DNA of 64,000 bases. Source: Octopus vulgaris (lineage: Eukaryota). Numbering within the stretch: position 1 is the first letter of the stretch; every line of letters starts with the position of its first letter. The notes under the pieces are model-generated. The model ran no database searches. It was not told where the DNA came from and was given only the letters and a program-made list of their open reading frames with translations. The stretch is taken from NCBI GenBank assembly GCA_951406725.2, contig OX597820.1:112158001-112222000 (forward strand), read 5' to 3'. This document shows positions 24,460 to 37,857 of this stretch, one piece after another. Made by a program: the position numbers and the translations under genes.

Positions 24460-26657
24460 CACTGTGTCACAAATTTCAGGTTAAAAAAAAGTACAAGTTA
24501 AGTAAGACTTGTTTCTGGGTCAAAAAATTGTCCTGATTCTGATTCTGACCTTTATTTCTCCAGATTAGGCACCGTTTTCCTGTATCATGAACCATATGTT
24601 TTATAATATACTGCATAATATTGCATACTGAACACAACATTGCAAATACTGAAAGTTACAAAAAACACAACAAAAATTTAGTTGGTATAACAAAACATAT
24701 ATTGGTTATGAATTAAAAACACACCCGTCAGTTTAAACAACATTTGTCCTTCTAAGCTTCTTGTGCGGAGTGTGATCTTCTTTTTTTATACCCCAGCAGT
24801 AGTCTGCCAACATGGCAGAGTACCATTTTTCTTTGAATCATCGCTGAAATATCCTGATGGAATCTTTCACCATGTTCATCACTCATATCACCAAGATTTT
24901 CCGCAAAAAAGTCCAAATGAGAGTGAGGTACATGAACTTTTAGAGACATGTTACATCCCATATCATGGTAATGACTCAGTAGATCATCCACAACTTGCAC
25001 ATAGTCTTCTGAACGATGATTGCCCAGGAAGTTATCACAAACTTTCTTGAATGACTTAAAGGCAAGCTTCTCTTTTCTCTTGAGATGTGTGATGAAGGTT
25101 TCATCAAGTACAATTTTTCGAATTTGGGGATCTATGAAGAAACCTTCTTTAATTTTAGCTTGACTCAGGGAAGTGAACTTTTCTGAAAGATATGCAAATG
25201 TGGAGGATTCCTTGTCCAAGACTTTCACAAATTGCTTAAACAAACCAAGTTTAATATGCAAAGGTGGTAAAAAAATTCTATCACTTTTCACAAGTGATTT
25301 GTGCATTATGCTGTGTTTTCCTTGCTCAGTTTCATCTTGGATTGGCCAATACTTGTGTAGATAATGTTCAGCTCTTGCTCCGGAATTCCATAAGCACAGG
25401 AAGTAGCAAAATTTAGTATAGTCAAGCTGAAGGCCAGTAAGCATAGTCAAAACCTTAAAATCTGCACAAATATGCCAGGGATGGTCATCATACTGTATGC
25501 TTGTTAGAATTGCTTTCAGATTTTTATATGATTCTTTCATGGTTGTGCTATAAGCTATGGGAACAGAAGGCAAAGTATTACCATTGTGTAGCAGAACAGC
25601 TTTGATGCTGTCCTTGGATGCATCTATGAAAAGTCGCCATTTGGTTTTATCATATGGTATTTCCAGTTGCTCAAAAAGTTCAATGATGCCATTACAAAAG
25701 CATAAGTCATCCTTCATGGTGAATAATGCAAGCAGATCCTCTGTACGTTTTCTGTACAGTGTTATCTTCACTCCTTTCTCAAGAAGATTACATTCTTGAA
25801 GCCTTGATGCCAGAAACTCACTTTTTTCTTTGGTTAAATAGAGATCCCTGCACAAGTCATTTAGAGTCTCCTGAGAAAATGGTATTGGTTTATTTCTGCT
25901 TTCTGGATCAGTGGGCTCCACACATTCACCACTGGAATGTTCATCAGCACTGCTGGAACTCTGCATTTCTTGTTCTGGAGGTTTGGGCACAGGTGAATTT
26001 TCTGAGTGTTCTACTGGGCGCATTGCTGATTGCAAATTAGGGTAAACAATGTGTTATTTTTTCTTTGCTGTTGTATAGCATGTAATGTCATGGTGACAGA
26101 AATAGCAATCATTAGAATGATCTTTCTGTTCACGCCAAATCAATGGCACACCAAATTTCAAGTGAACATTTTTTCCTGCATACCAGGAACCCAATGTCTT
26201 CACACATGTAAGGCAACACACATGAGAAGCCCATGACTTATCCTGGTCTCCTAAGTAACAATTGAAGTACGCCTTGTATATTTTCTTGATATGGCGTGTA
26301 AATAGCAAAAGTCAATTCCCCACAGATATAACAGAATCTGTTTGGACCATTTTTGCACTCTCTTGAACTCATTGTTGAAAACAAACAAGATCTCAATGAT
26401 AAAAAATAACATTAAACATAAGCTTTGAATCCCATTGTAGGTGTTATTGAGATTGGTCTCTGGCCCTGGTCTGAAACCCATTTTACAATGCGGTAGAGAA
26501 CTTTATTTAATAATCATGACAAAAAGGGTATACAGTGACAATTCTGTAGAAACCATGCCTAATTCAACAAAAAGAAGACCAGAAATGGATTTCCCATGTC
26601 ATTTGGCATATAAAAGTGGCCACAGATCTCTTGTACTTCTTTGAGTGTCGCACAGTG
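24460..26657 (-). mobile_element. Complete Chapaev3-type (CMC superfamily) DNA transposon, 2198 bp
   Basis: Termini CACTGTG...CACAGTG; 3-bp TSD TTG (24457-59 and 26658-60); internal transposase. The superfamily is assigned from recalled motifs. Confidence 0.8.
24752..26372 (-). pseudogene. Frameshifted DDE transposase with N-terminal Cys/His zinc finger
   Basis: ATG at 26372 gives MSSRECKNGPNRFCYICG, then WASHVCCLTC and WREQKDHSNDCYFC. The 427-aa ORF has FIDAS, ICADFK, LPPLHIKLG and SDEHGERFHQDI. Confidence 0.85.
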
Positions 26658-27348
26658 TTGATGGTGCTTTGTGAAGGACAAAGTTTTGCCGACAATATAT
26701 AAGTGCTTGTACTTCGTTGTTGTTCAATTATTTTGAGCAAGGCCTCATTTTTCACAACATAAGTCACCTAAATCTTGGTGTCACGTGTTTGTTGACAGTT
26801 CCTGGGCCTTTCACATCATTAATTTCTTTTGCTGCTGCCCTTGCACTTAGTCCCTTTTTCCAGAGGTAGCATAAAATGGCTCCAATTGCTATTTTTCACC
26901 ACTCATTATCAAAGCTGTAAAGTTAAGAATAAATAATAAAAGTTTTACATGTTTTATATGAAACTAACAAATAAACAATTTAGCTACAACTGGACAACAA
27001 ATTGTATCAAACTAATGATATAATATTAGATACAAGTTGCCAAAAATTCTTAGTGGAAACCTGAAAAAACATTTGACTCAAGCTGGTGTACATCACTGAC
27101 TCAACAACAAATTTCCCAATTTTGTTTTCATTTTTTTAACATTCATTTCTCCATGCTTGCATGGGTTGGACAGAGTTTATTGAGGCAGATTTTCTAAGGA
27201 TGGATCTCCTCTCTGCAACCAACCCTTACCTGTTCCCAAGTATGATAATATTTCCCCATGGCCATACAATTTCTGCAGAATACTGGAAACGAATGATATA
27301 CAATGTCAAGACAAGGAGATGCAAAGACGCACACACACATACATGCAT

Positions 27349-27389
<41 letters not shown>

Positions 27390-27654
27390 TGAAGGGATTC
27401 TTTCAGTTTCTATCTACCAAATACATTAACAATGCTTTAGTTGAGCTGGGGCTCGAGTAGAATACACTTGTCCAAAGTCCCATGCAGTGGGACTGAATCT
27501 CACAGCCATACCCCTGCCCATCTACACTCATATATTTTACTCATTGATAAAACCCATCATATATTAAAGTAGAGATCTTCTCACGCACACAGACACACAC
27601 ACACACACAATCACCAACGCATCTAAAACATTGCTATCAATTGTCAGACACTTC

Positions 27655-27966
27655 ACACCATTCGAGCGTGATCGTTACCAACGTCGTTTCACTGGCACCT
27701 GTGTCGGTGGCACGTGTAAAAGATTCGAGCAAGGTCATTACCAGTACCGCCTGACTGGCCCTCATGCTTGTGGCACGTAAAAAGAACCCACTACACTCTC
27801 GGAGTGGTTGGCATTAGGAAGGGCATCCAGCTGTAGAAACTCTGCCAGATCAAGACTGGAGCCTGGTGCAGCCATCTGGTTCACCAGCCCTCAGTCAAAA
27901 CCGTCCAACCCATGCTAGCATGGAAAACGGACTTTAAACGATGATGATGATGATGATGATGATGAT
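27655..27966 (+). mobile_element. RTE-type 3' end with (GAT)n tail; similar pieces at 28720-28820 and 32218-32523
   Basis: CCCACTACACTCTCGGAGTGGTTGGC...AAACGATGATGAT. Confidence 0.8.
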
Positions 27967-28494
27967 CTAGAATTATTGTCAACATCTCAAAGCTGTGTAT
28001 ATATCAGTTAACACCTAGAGATTATCTAGTCCACATTTACAGGTAAATGATATAAATATATAACAGAATGATGTTAAACAATGACCCAGAAAATGGAAAA
28101 GTTTTAATGTATGTGTGCATTAAATATGTATGAGGGGGTACCCAAAAGTAACTTGAAATGTTCTCTGTGGGGCAAGCTGGTGAGTGTCTAGTGTCTAGTG
28201 CAATTGTGTGATACACACCACAGTAGAAATGATAGCCTAAAATCAACTTGGTGATTACCTTCCCCATCTTGGAACCACTTCCATCATCACCACCAGCACC
28301 ACCACCACCACTACCACTTCTGTCAATACAACACACACTTCCCATTGAGGAGTCTTTATCATGCAAGTTGTGTGTGTTTATTGAGCGAAAACACCTAAGG
28401 CTCCACGAGGCTCTGGCAGGGGGTGGTGGCGACCCCTGTTGTACTCTTTCACTCCAACTTTCTCTCACTCTTTCTTCCTGTTTCTTGTCCCTAA

Positions 28495-28640
28495 CAAGAT
28501 TTCAATGAATTGAGAAATTCTGTTGGATAATTTACCACCTCTTCTGGATCTGGGTTTGTATCAACTGACTAATAGATGTGAAGACTTGTAGGAAGGTGCT
28601 TGACATTCCACACACACACATACAACCTGACTTTTATATA
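28495..28640 (-). mobile_element. Helitron remnant: 5' end joined to a PIF1-type helicase fragment
   Basis: Minus strand reads VDTNPDPEEVVNYPTEFLNSL, a Helitron helicase motif. It is preceded by a TATATAAAAGTCAGG-(TG)n 5' end. Confidence 0.65.
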
Positions 28641-28879
28641 TATATATATATATATTTAAATTTAAATTTATATACATATATAAATATATATATTATATAT
28701 TTATATACATATATATATAATATTGGAGCCTGGTACAGCCTCTAGCTTGTCAGTCCTCAGTCAAACCGTCCAACCCATGCCAGCATAGAAAGCAGATGTT
28801 AAACGATGATGATGATGATTATTATTATATATTTATATATACTGTATATCTATATATATATATGTAATATATTATATAT

Positions 28880-29218
28880 AGTGAAGGCACACGGCTCAGT
28901 GGTTAGAGCATCAAACTTATGACCATGGAGTTGGGAGTTTGAATCCTGGACTGGGCTGCGTGTTGTGTTCTTGAGCAAGACACTTTATTCCACATTGCTC
29001 CAGTTCATTCAGCAGTAGAAATGAGTTGCGACATCACTGATGCCAAGCTATATCAGCCTTTTCCTTTCCCTTGGATGACATCAGAAGCATGGAGAGGGGT
29101 GGCTGGCAAGCATGGGCGACTGCTGGTCTTCCATAAACAACCTTGCCTGGACTTGTGCCTCGGAGGGTAACTTTCTAAGTGCAATCCCATGGTCGTTCGG
29201 GACAGAAGGGGGTCTTCG
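28880..29218 (+). mobile_element. tRNA-derived SINE family C, full length
   Basis: A box GGCTCAGTGG, B box GTTTGAATCC, and a body shared with 17083 and 48828. Confidence 0.85.
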
Positions 29219-29464
29219 CACATATTATATATTTTATATACATGTATGTCTCTGAGTGTGTGCACGTGTATACACGTGTGTGTGTGTGTGTGTGTGTATG
29301 TGTGTGTGTGTATGTGTGTGTGTGTGTGTATGTGTGTGTGTGTGTATGTGTGTGTGTATGTGTGTGTGTCCATCCTTTCCCTATCCACTGTATTATTTAT
29401 TCAGTTGCTCTTCACTCGTTTATCCTGCTATTCATCAGCTCTTCCTTATGCCACTTCTTTTGAC

Positions 29465-29655
29465 ATCCATCTCATAACATCCATCTCATTACCATCTTTT
29501 TTACCATCTTTTTACCATTCTTTTAACCATCTTTTTTACCATCTTTTTACCATCTCATTACCATCTATTTACCATCTTTTTTACCATCTTTTTACCATCT
29601 TTTTACCCTCTCATTACCATCTTTTGACATCCATCTCATTATTACCATCTTTCTG
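29465..29655. repeat. Minisatellite of ~11-bp TTACCATCTTT-like units
   Basis: Direct reading. Confidence 0.9.
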
Positions 29656-30124
29656 TAACTCATATTTACCATCCACCATTCTTTGCCCCTGTTCATACTT
29701 ACCCCTACCCTCTTTCACTCTTTCACACTCTTCCACGCACCCACCCTTCCTGATCTTCTATCCCCACACTCTCTTCTATTCACCTTTTTGTTCCTTGAGG
29801 GCATTCTCTGACACCTTCATCACCACCATTCCTACCAACCCTTATATAATGTGGTGGGGAGTAGGTTGGTTGTATGTTTTCTCAACAGAAAGAAACCTGT
29901 TCCTACCTCTTCTATTATGCTTTAACTTCTCAGTACCTAATATAAAGGGGCCTACCTCCCTCTGTCTTTTTCTAATATATGTGGAAAGAAGTTTATTTCC
30001 CAACAAGGTTCAGTCCCAACATATAGCACCTTGGGTAAGTACCTACTTTGGCTATGGGCTGACCAAAGTTATCTGCATGGATTTGGTAGACATAAATTGA
30101 AAGAAGTCTGTTATATATGTATTA

Positions 30125-30346
30125 TATATGTATGTATGTATGTATGCATGTATGTATGTATGTATGTATGTATGTATGTATGTATGTATGTATGTATGTA
30201 TGTATGTATGTATGTATGTATGTATGTATGTATGTATGCATGCATGCATGCATGCATGCATGTATGTATGTATGTATGTATGTATGTATGTATGTATGTA
30301 TGTATGTATGCATGCATGCATGCATGTATGTATGTATGTATGTATG

Positions 30347-30380
<34 letters not shown>

Positions 30381-30965
30381 TATATGTATGCATGTATGTA
30401 TGCATGTATGTATGTATGTATGTATGTATGTATGTATGTATGTATGTATGCATGCATGCATGCATGCATGTATGTATGTATGTATGTATGTATGTATGTA
30501 TGTATGCATGCATGCATGCATGTATGTATGTATGTATGTATGTATGTATGCATGCATGTATGTATGTATGTATGTATGCATGCATGCATGTATGTATGTA
30601 TGTATATATGTATGTATGTATGTATGCATGTATGTATGTATGTATGTATGTATGTATGCATGCATGTATGTATGTATGTATGTATGTATGTATGCATGTA
30701 TGTATGTATGTATGTATGTATGTATGCATGCATGCATGCATGCATGTATGTATGTATGTATGTATATATGTATGCATGTATGTATGCATGCATGTATGCA
30801 TGCATGTATGTATGTATGTATGTATGCATGCATGCATGTATGTATGTATGTATGTATGTATGTATGTATGTATGTATGTATGTATGTATGTATGTATGTA
30901 TGTATGCATGCATGCATGCATGTATGTATGTATGTATGTATGCATGCATGTATGTATGTATGTAT
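30125..30965. repeat. ~840-bp compound (TATG)n/(CATG)n microsatellite
   Basis: Direct reading. It is the source of the six spurious ~300-aa ORFs. Confidence 0.95.
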
Positions 30966-31716
30966 ATAGATGTAGGTGTGGCTGTGTGGTAAGAAGCTTG
31001 CTTTCCAACCACATGGCTCCGGGTTCAGTCCTACTGTGTCATACATTTGGAAATAGACAAGAGTTGGTGACAGGAAGAGCATCCAGCCATTGAGAAATCT
31101 GCTTCAATAAGCTCTGTTAAACTCAAGCAAACAGGGTAAAGTAGACATTAAAATGATGATGATGATGATTACAATGATGATGATATATACTCCCTCTCAT
31201 CTTCTGTTTCTCCTCTTCCTCCTCTGTTTGTAGGGTTCTTTCTCATTGTGTGTGTGTGTGTGTGTGTGTAGCATTCATCTACTTATTGCCAGTCACCAAA
31301 CCTAGTATGTGCACTTAGATTGCACCTCTTATATTAACTCCCTCTATGTCTCTCTTTTACCATCTCTCTTTTGCTATGCAGTGTAAAGAGTGACTGGAGA
31401 AATCGATCAACCAACATTTGTATCAGCTGTTATTATGTAGAGATTTCCTGAATATAGGTATATTTTTTATTTCTATATTTTAATTGTTTCAGTCATTGGA
31501 CTGCAGCCATACTGGAGCACTGCCTTGACGGGTTCAGTCAAACAAACTTAACTTGGAACTTATTTTTAAGTATGGTACATATTCTATTGGTCTCTTTTGC
31601 TGAACTGCTAAGTTAGGGAATGTAAAGAAATCAACATTGGTTGTCAAGCAGTGGTGGAGGGTAAACACAGACACACATGCTCACGTGCACACACACAAAC
31701 ACACACACACGCGCAT

Positions 31717-31761
<45 letters not shown>

Positions 31762-33338
31762 CTTACTCACATGATGGGCATCAAAACAGTTTCACTCACA
31801 AGGTATGGTTGGTTTGGTGCTATAGTGGAAGACATCTGCCCGAGGTGCCACTCAGTAGGACTGAACCCAAAATCACATGGTTTCAAAATGAGCTTCTTAA
31901 CCACCTTAACCCTATAGCCATTCCTGCAATCTAAGAGATTTTTTTTTACTATCAAATTAAAATGGATAGGGAAGAAGGTTATATTTAATAGAGAATTGTA
32001 ATATCTCTGTAGATGTCCAAGGAAAAATTGTTGTTAGCAAGAAAATAAAAAAGGAAAAGAAGATTTATAATTAATACTAAGAGAATTCTATAAATAGAAT
32101 GAAGTGGAAGAGGGAAGTAATTTGGCAGTATATGGGGATGGATTTAATCATTTATAGGAATGTGAAAAACTATAGATAGCAATTTTACTTATAAAGAAAA
32201 AATATATATAAAATTTAAAGTGGCACGTAAAAAACCATCCGAATGTGGCCATTGCCAGCGCCACCCTGACTGGCCTCCGTGCCGGTGGAACATAAAAAGC
32301 ACCAACCGATTGTGGCCATTGCCAACCTCACCTGGCACCTGTGCCAGTGGCACATAAAAAGCACCCACTACACTCACGGAGTGGTTGGCATTAGGAAGGG
32401 CATCCACTGCCATCCACTGCCAGATCAGACTGGGCCTGGTGCAGCCTCCTGGCTTCCCAGACCCCAGTTGAACCGTCCAACCCATGCTAGCATGGAAAGC
32501 GGATGTTAAACGATGATGATGATTAATGAATAAAGGAAGTTGTACATTACTAAAAATAAAAGATGCCAACGTAAAAATGTATTATAAGTGATAGGTCAGT
32601 GTTATTGAGTTAAAAAGATATGTTCCTGATCTACAAAGTCAGTAGTTTGAGAGGTGTGAGGGAGAGAGGAAGAGAAGAGGAGGAAAAAGATGAAGGTAAG
32701 AAAAGGAGGAGAAGCAAGAGGAAATTGGAGTACATAAGAAATAAAAGGAAACATATGGCCATCATATTTATGTTGATATAAGAGCAGTAGTAACAATAGT
32801 AGTTCTTTCCAGTTCTGACACAGGGTCAGCAATTTTGAGAGAAGTTGAATACAATGACCCCTTGTGCTCAACTGGTACTGCCAACTCACTGCCTTAACAA
32901 CAACAACAACAACAACAACGATAACGACGACGGCAACAACAACAACAACAACAATAATTCTTTCTACTATAGGCACTAGGCCTGAAATTTTGTGGGAGGA
33001 GACTAATTGATTATATAGACATCAATTCTCAACTGGTACTTATTTTATTGACCCCAAAAAGATGAAAGGCGTTGGCGGTCGCAGTGGCACTGGCAGCACT
33101 GGTGGTGGCAGCATCTGCAGTGTTGGCGGCAGTGTCATTGGTTGAATGTGTTGACAGGAGTCAATGGGTTGACACACTACATCAAACTCCAGTGTCTACT
33201 TTAGCATGGCTTCTATGGCTGGATGTCCATCCTAACACTAACTATTTTACAGAGTCTACTGGTTTCTTTTTGCGGCAGCAGCACTAGTAAGGTTGCCATA
33301 TAGCTTGCAGGACTAAGATAACCTTTGACTAAGTAGAG

Positions 33339-33594
33339 CAGTGGTTCCCAAACTTTTTCAGACTGCCCCCTCCTTGACATCCAGGCCACATTCCTAGCGC
33401 CCCCCACCCCAACTAACCATCACAAAGTAAATTCAAACTGACTGTATTTCACAAATAAAATTTAACCTAATGAGCCCACTATTTTGTTGTTTTACATGAA
33501 TCGCTACCCCATTATCACCCCACTTTTCTTCAACACCCTTGGAACTTTCCACTGCCCCTAGTGGGGGGGATACTGCCCACTTTGGGAACTACTG
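33339..33594. mobile_element. hAT (Charlie-like) MITE, 256 bp
   Basis: TIRs CAGTGGTTCCCAAA/TTTGGGAACTACTG and a perfect 8-bp TSD AAGTAGAG (33331-38 and 33595-602). Confidence 0.9.
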
Positions 33595-34599
33595 AAGTAG
33601 AGCCACTGTAGAGCCACAAAGGAGGCAGCTTTGTGCTAAATGATGAAAGATAAGAGCATGAAGGAAGGGACTAGAACTGATTTCTGACTGTAGAAGAGAT
33701 ACCTGGCTGCACATACTACACAAGAGTAAATGGGAATAGCCTGGGTGGAGGTTGAAAGAGAGATAAAGACGGTGGTGATGAGGTGTGAGGGTTAGTCCTG
33801 TGGTGGAAAAGCAAGAAGGATGGGAGAATAGAGGTTATAAGAGAGTAGGGAAAGAGTTAGGGATGATTAGAGATGGAGTAGTGGTATGAATTTACTGAAT
33901 GATGAACAAGGGTTGAGTGGTGATAATAAATGGGGTTGATGGTAAATATGAGTTGGATGGAAGGAAGGGGAGAGCAGATATTACAAATACTGGGAAGAGT
34001 GTAAGGATGAGTGAAGCGAATGATGAAGAGGTGATCAACGTTACATAAAAGTTAGAAGGTTGGGGAGAATGGGTGCTGACTGGTAGTACAGAAAGGTGAA
34101 GCACATCAGAATAATAATAATATTCATTCAATAGGCAAGAGAAGGATGAGAGAATGAGAAATAAAAAAACGGGTGGTTAGGTTACAAGTGTGAGTGGAGA
34201 GAAAGACATAGAGCATAAACAGAATGAGAAATGTATGGTTATATGGAGAAGTCAACAGGAAGTGATTTGGTGTAGGGGTAAAAGGAGAGATAATTTGGTA
34301 TCATTGAAGAGTGGGGTGGTCAATGTAAAATGTGAATAGAAATGGACAATGTTAAGAATTAAGGATGGATATGAAGTGAAGGGATTTAGGTTAGTGAGAT
34401 AGATAACTGATATCACAGAAAAAATTAAGTATGTAGTTCTATTCTCATTTGATTACAACAGCAGAATACTGCAGTTAGGTAAGTGATGGAGAGATCAGTA
34501 ATAGAGAAAAGAGTAGGTGGAGGAGTAGATTTGATGAGGAAATCTAGCAAGGAGCTCAGTTGTGCATATAGAGCCCCTTGCTAAATTTCCTCATGAAAC

Positions 34600-36220
34600 T
34601 TTCAGAATCACAGTTTCTCTGAGATGGGTAAATCTTCTTGAACCTTTGTAATTTTCTCCATGAGATTCAAACTCCTGAGATCAGCCTTCACTATTTGTTC
34701 TATTTTTCTCTGGATTTCCCTCTTCCTCAAGTTCCATCCACCTTAAGAAATCAGAATTTCTTTATGCAGTTGTCCATATCTATACACATAACATGACTAT
34801 ACCTGTGCAGTCTTCCCTCTTGAACACTACATCTAATTTCCTTTTTCTCTGGTTTTTCTTTCAACACATTTCTACTTTGTCATTCATGCATACTTATATA
34901 ATAATGAAATTATTGTATACAGTGCTCAGGTGCACCACAACTTGTCAAAACTGCATATAAAGCATATGCAGTAATGTACAGATGTCTGGAAAGCAAACAG
35001 TGTATGAGTCAGAAACATGCTTGCGTGTGTATGGAAGGGAGAAAATCAGGTGTAGTGTTGGCGAATCTCAGGAAGCTTGGAAGTTTTGAAGGATGCAGTG
35101 CTCCGACAACTAACAACTGATGCCGACAGTTATATTGCCCATCCATTGGAGCATGCTGCCTTCACTTCTTTCTAGCTTTTGCATGCCCTCTGCTTTCATG
35201 ACCCATGTCTCAATACCATGTAGCATTGTTGTATCATACACAGGCATCATACAATGTGCCTTTCACTCTGAGAGAAAGGTCTTTTGTTGCCAACATAGGT
35301 AACAGCTCTCTGAACTTTCTACAGCTTGTCCTTATTCTAGCATCTATACTTTCAGAACAACCTCTTCCGATGCTAGTTTAGTCGTTAAATATATTAATAT
35401 ACCTTCTATTTCATGTACTGAGTGCCTTACTTCAGTTATAACTTCCTCCATTTCTAATAGAATTTCCCTATCCATCAATCTACCTATGTGTAAGTGTGTG
35501 TGTGTGCATGCGTGTTTATTTTGTATATATGTGTCATTGTCATCATCATCATCTTTTCACATCTGTTCTCCATGCTCGTATGTGTAGGATGGTTCAACAG
35601 AAGTTGGTCAGCTGGAGAGCTGCCTAGCTCCATTTGTCTGTTTTGGAAATGTTTCTAATGCCAACTGCTTTACCTAATTTTAACATGGCACCAATGCAGG
35701 TGGTTTTATGCAGCACAGGCACAGGTGCTTATATGTGACACAGGCTTGAATGCTTTTATGTGACACTGGCGTCCATGAGCCCACAAAATTAGGATTTCTC
35801 AGATGAGAGGGGAATATAGAGGACATGACTGTGCGTATGGATGGCTGCAAATTTACTTAGCTTGATGTATCTTCTCAAGCACTGCAAACCGCCAGAAGTA
35901 TTGGTCCTTTGTCAACTCCTCTTTGAGGCTCAGTGTCTGAAAATCCTTCCTCACCACTTCATCTCACATCTTCCTGGGTCTACCCCTTCCACATGTTCCC
36001 TCCATGATTAGAGATTGGCGCTTCTTGATGCAGCTGTCCTCATTCATATGCATCACATGACCATGCCAGCACAGTCACTTTCACTTTGCCATATATGCAC
36101 ACTGACATTACTCATCTGGCAGAGCATGCTGGCTTCATTTCTTTCAAGCCTTCACATGTCCTCAGTAGTCACAATCCATGTCTTACTGCTATGTAATATA
36201 GCTGTTCGTACACACTTACA
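34600..36220 (-). mobile_element. Old RTE LINE fragments, with a CR1/L2-type 3' end inserted at ~34898-35130
   Basis: 35135-35385 and 35900-36215 align by eye to the RTE C-terminus. The tail GTTGTGGTGCACCTGAGCAC recurs at 60660. Confidence 0.6.
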
Positions 36221-37857
36221 CACACACACACATACACACACGCGTGCACGCACACACACATACACAATAATAATGGGTATGTCAGTATTTTGAAAATATA
36301 TCATGAGGTGATGACCTTGTCCTGCATAGTTATGGATAGCCTGTTGGCAAGGTATAGCACCCATTCAGCCACTCTGCCAGGGATATGGCAAAGCCATGGA
36401 CCTGCAGCATGGTGGATTGTGAAGAGATAGTGGAAGAGCTCAACTGAGCCAATGGTACTTCTTATAGTGATGCTGAACGGAGGAATCCTAGATCAACAGT
36501 CAGAATCAACAAGCTCTACTAAGAGGGTAACTGCAACGCATCCATAGCGGTGGTGTTGTATCCTCCATCTCCAAATGCTGTGGTACCACCATGATATTGT
36601 GATGGAGGGTTTAGATACACTGTACCAGGGCAGTAACAGTAAACAAGATAATGATGTAGTCGTAATAACAACATAACTATCCAACAATCTCTTTACAAAC
36701 CAACAATCGATATTCCAAACAAACTAACCAGCTTCACTGGGAATTCAACTCAAACTAACTCACAAAACTTTACTCTGACCACTACTATCTATAATCGCTC
36801 AATCCAGTCTATTTCCTGCAAGGAGGCATTGTGACTCTCATCATCCATGGGTGTGTAATCAGCTAATGAAATTCAAATTCATAATAATGGAATTGGATAG
36901 CAACAGAGAGTTATGGGTATCAGAAAGCAATGTGACCATGAAGATATAAGTTCAAGATTGGACTTATGGTGGCGAGCCGGTAGAAACGTTAGCACGCCAG
37001 GCGATATGCGTAGCCATATTTCGTCTGTCGTTACATTCCGAGTTCAAATTCCGCCAAGGTCGACTTTGCTTTTCATCCTTTCAGGGTCCATAAATTAAGT
37101 ACCAGTTATGCACTGGGGTCGATGTAATTGACTTAATCCGTTTGTCTGTCCTTGTTTGTCCCCTCTGTGTTTAGCCCTTTGTGGGTAGTAAAGAAAAAAA
37201 AAGTCCAAGATTGGAAGTGATAGTAATACATTTATTTTTTGATATGCATACATAAGCCAAATCTACCAATGAGCTCCACATACAAGAGTCAAGAGTTTAA
37301 AGTATACTGTATCTGAAATGCAAAATGGGATGGCCATAGCTGGAATGCTTTTGATCATTGTAATGTAATATCTGTTCAGTCAGTGTTGTTATTAGCAGAA
37401 TCAGTAGTGGTATTCTGAAATTACATCCCATATTCTTAAAAAATGGAAGAACACATTTAATAATGCATTTCTAGTTCCTATCTGAAAATAAGATGGAATG
37501 GTCAGGGTTGGAACACCTGTCATCTTAGGCTTATTGGTCAAGACTGACCTGGGACAAAACAATAACAACAGCCCTTTGATTATCCAAAGCAACACAGATT
37601 AACATGGCAGTTATGCTTTTTAGCTCATTGTCACAGGTATTTTTTTTTGGTCTTAGAAAACCCAGAGGGAGCCACTAAATAGTCACTTGATCTGCTAGAA
37701 ATAGCAGCCAAATCTCTCTCATACCACACACACTTCCACCCTAAAAAAGGACCTATAAGATAATAATGTCAGGCTTCATAATAGGATAATAATACCAGGT
37801 ACAAAAAAAATTCCAACAAACTGATGGTTATAATTGGAATGTGTTATGTATAATTGG

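Larger units (their letters stand above)
23694..27090 (-). mobile_element. Decayed full-length mariner, interrupted by a Chapaev3 insertion
   Basis: TIRs 23694-23721 and 27062-27090. Minus-strand remnants read ALHELT, IVTGKGK*IY and YSPDL..PSDYHLF. Confidence 0.8.

Noticed and set aside
28880-28960. tRNA genes (also 22819 and 43770)
   Set aside because: The A/B boxes continue into SINE bodies and no full cloverleaf forms.
29189-30100. 303-aa ORF
   Set aside because: It runs through a SINE tail, (TG)n and a minisatellite, and shows no domain.
30031-31093. Six ~300-aa ORFs (MYVC/HTYI repeats); similar ORFs at 19279-20455, 22107-22841 and 42096-42989
   Set aside because: These are translations of stop-free microsatellites, not genes.
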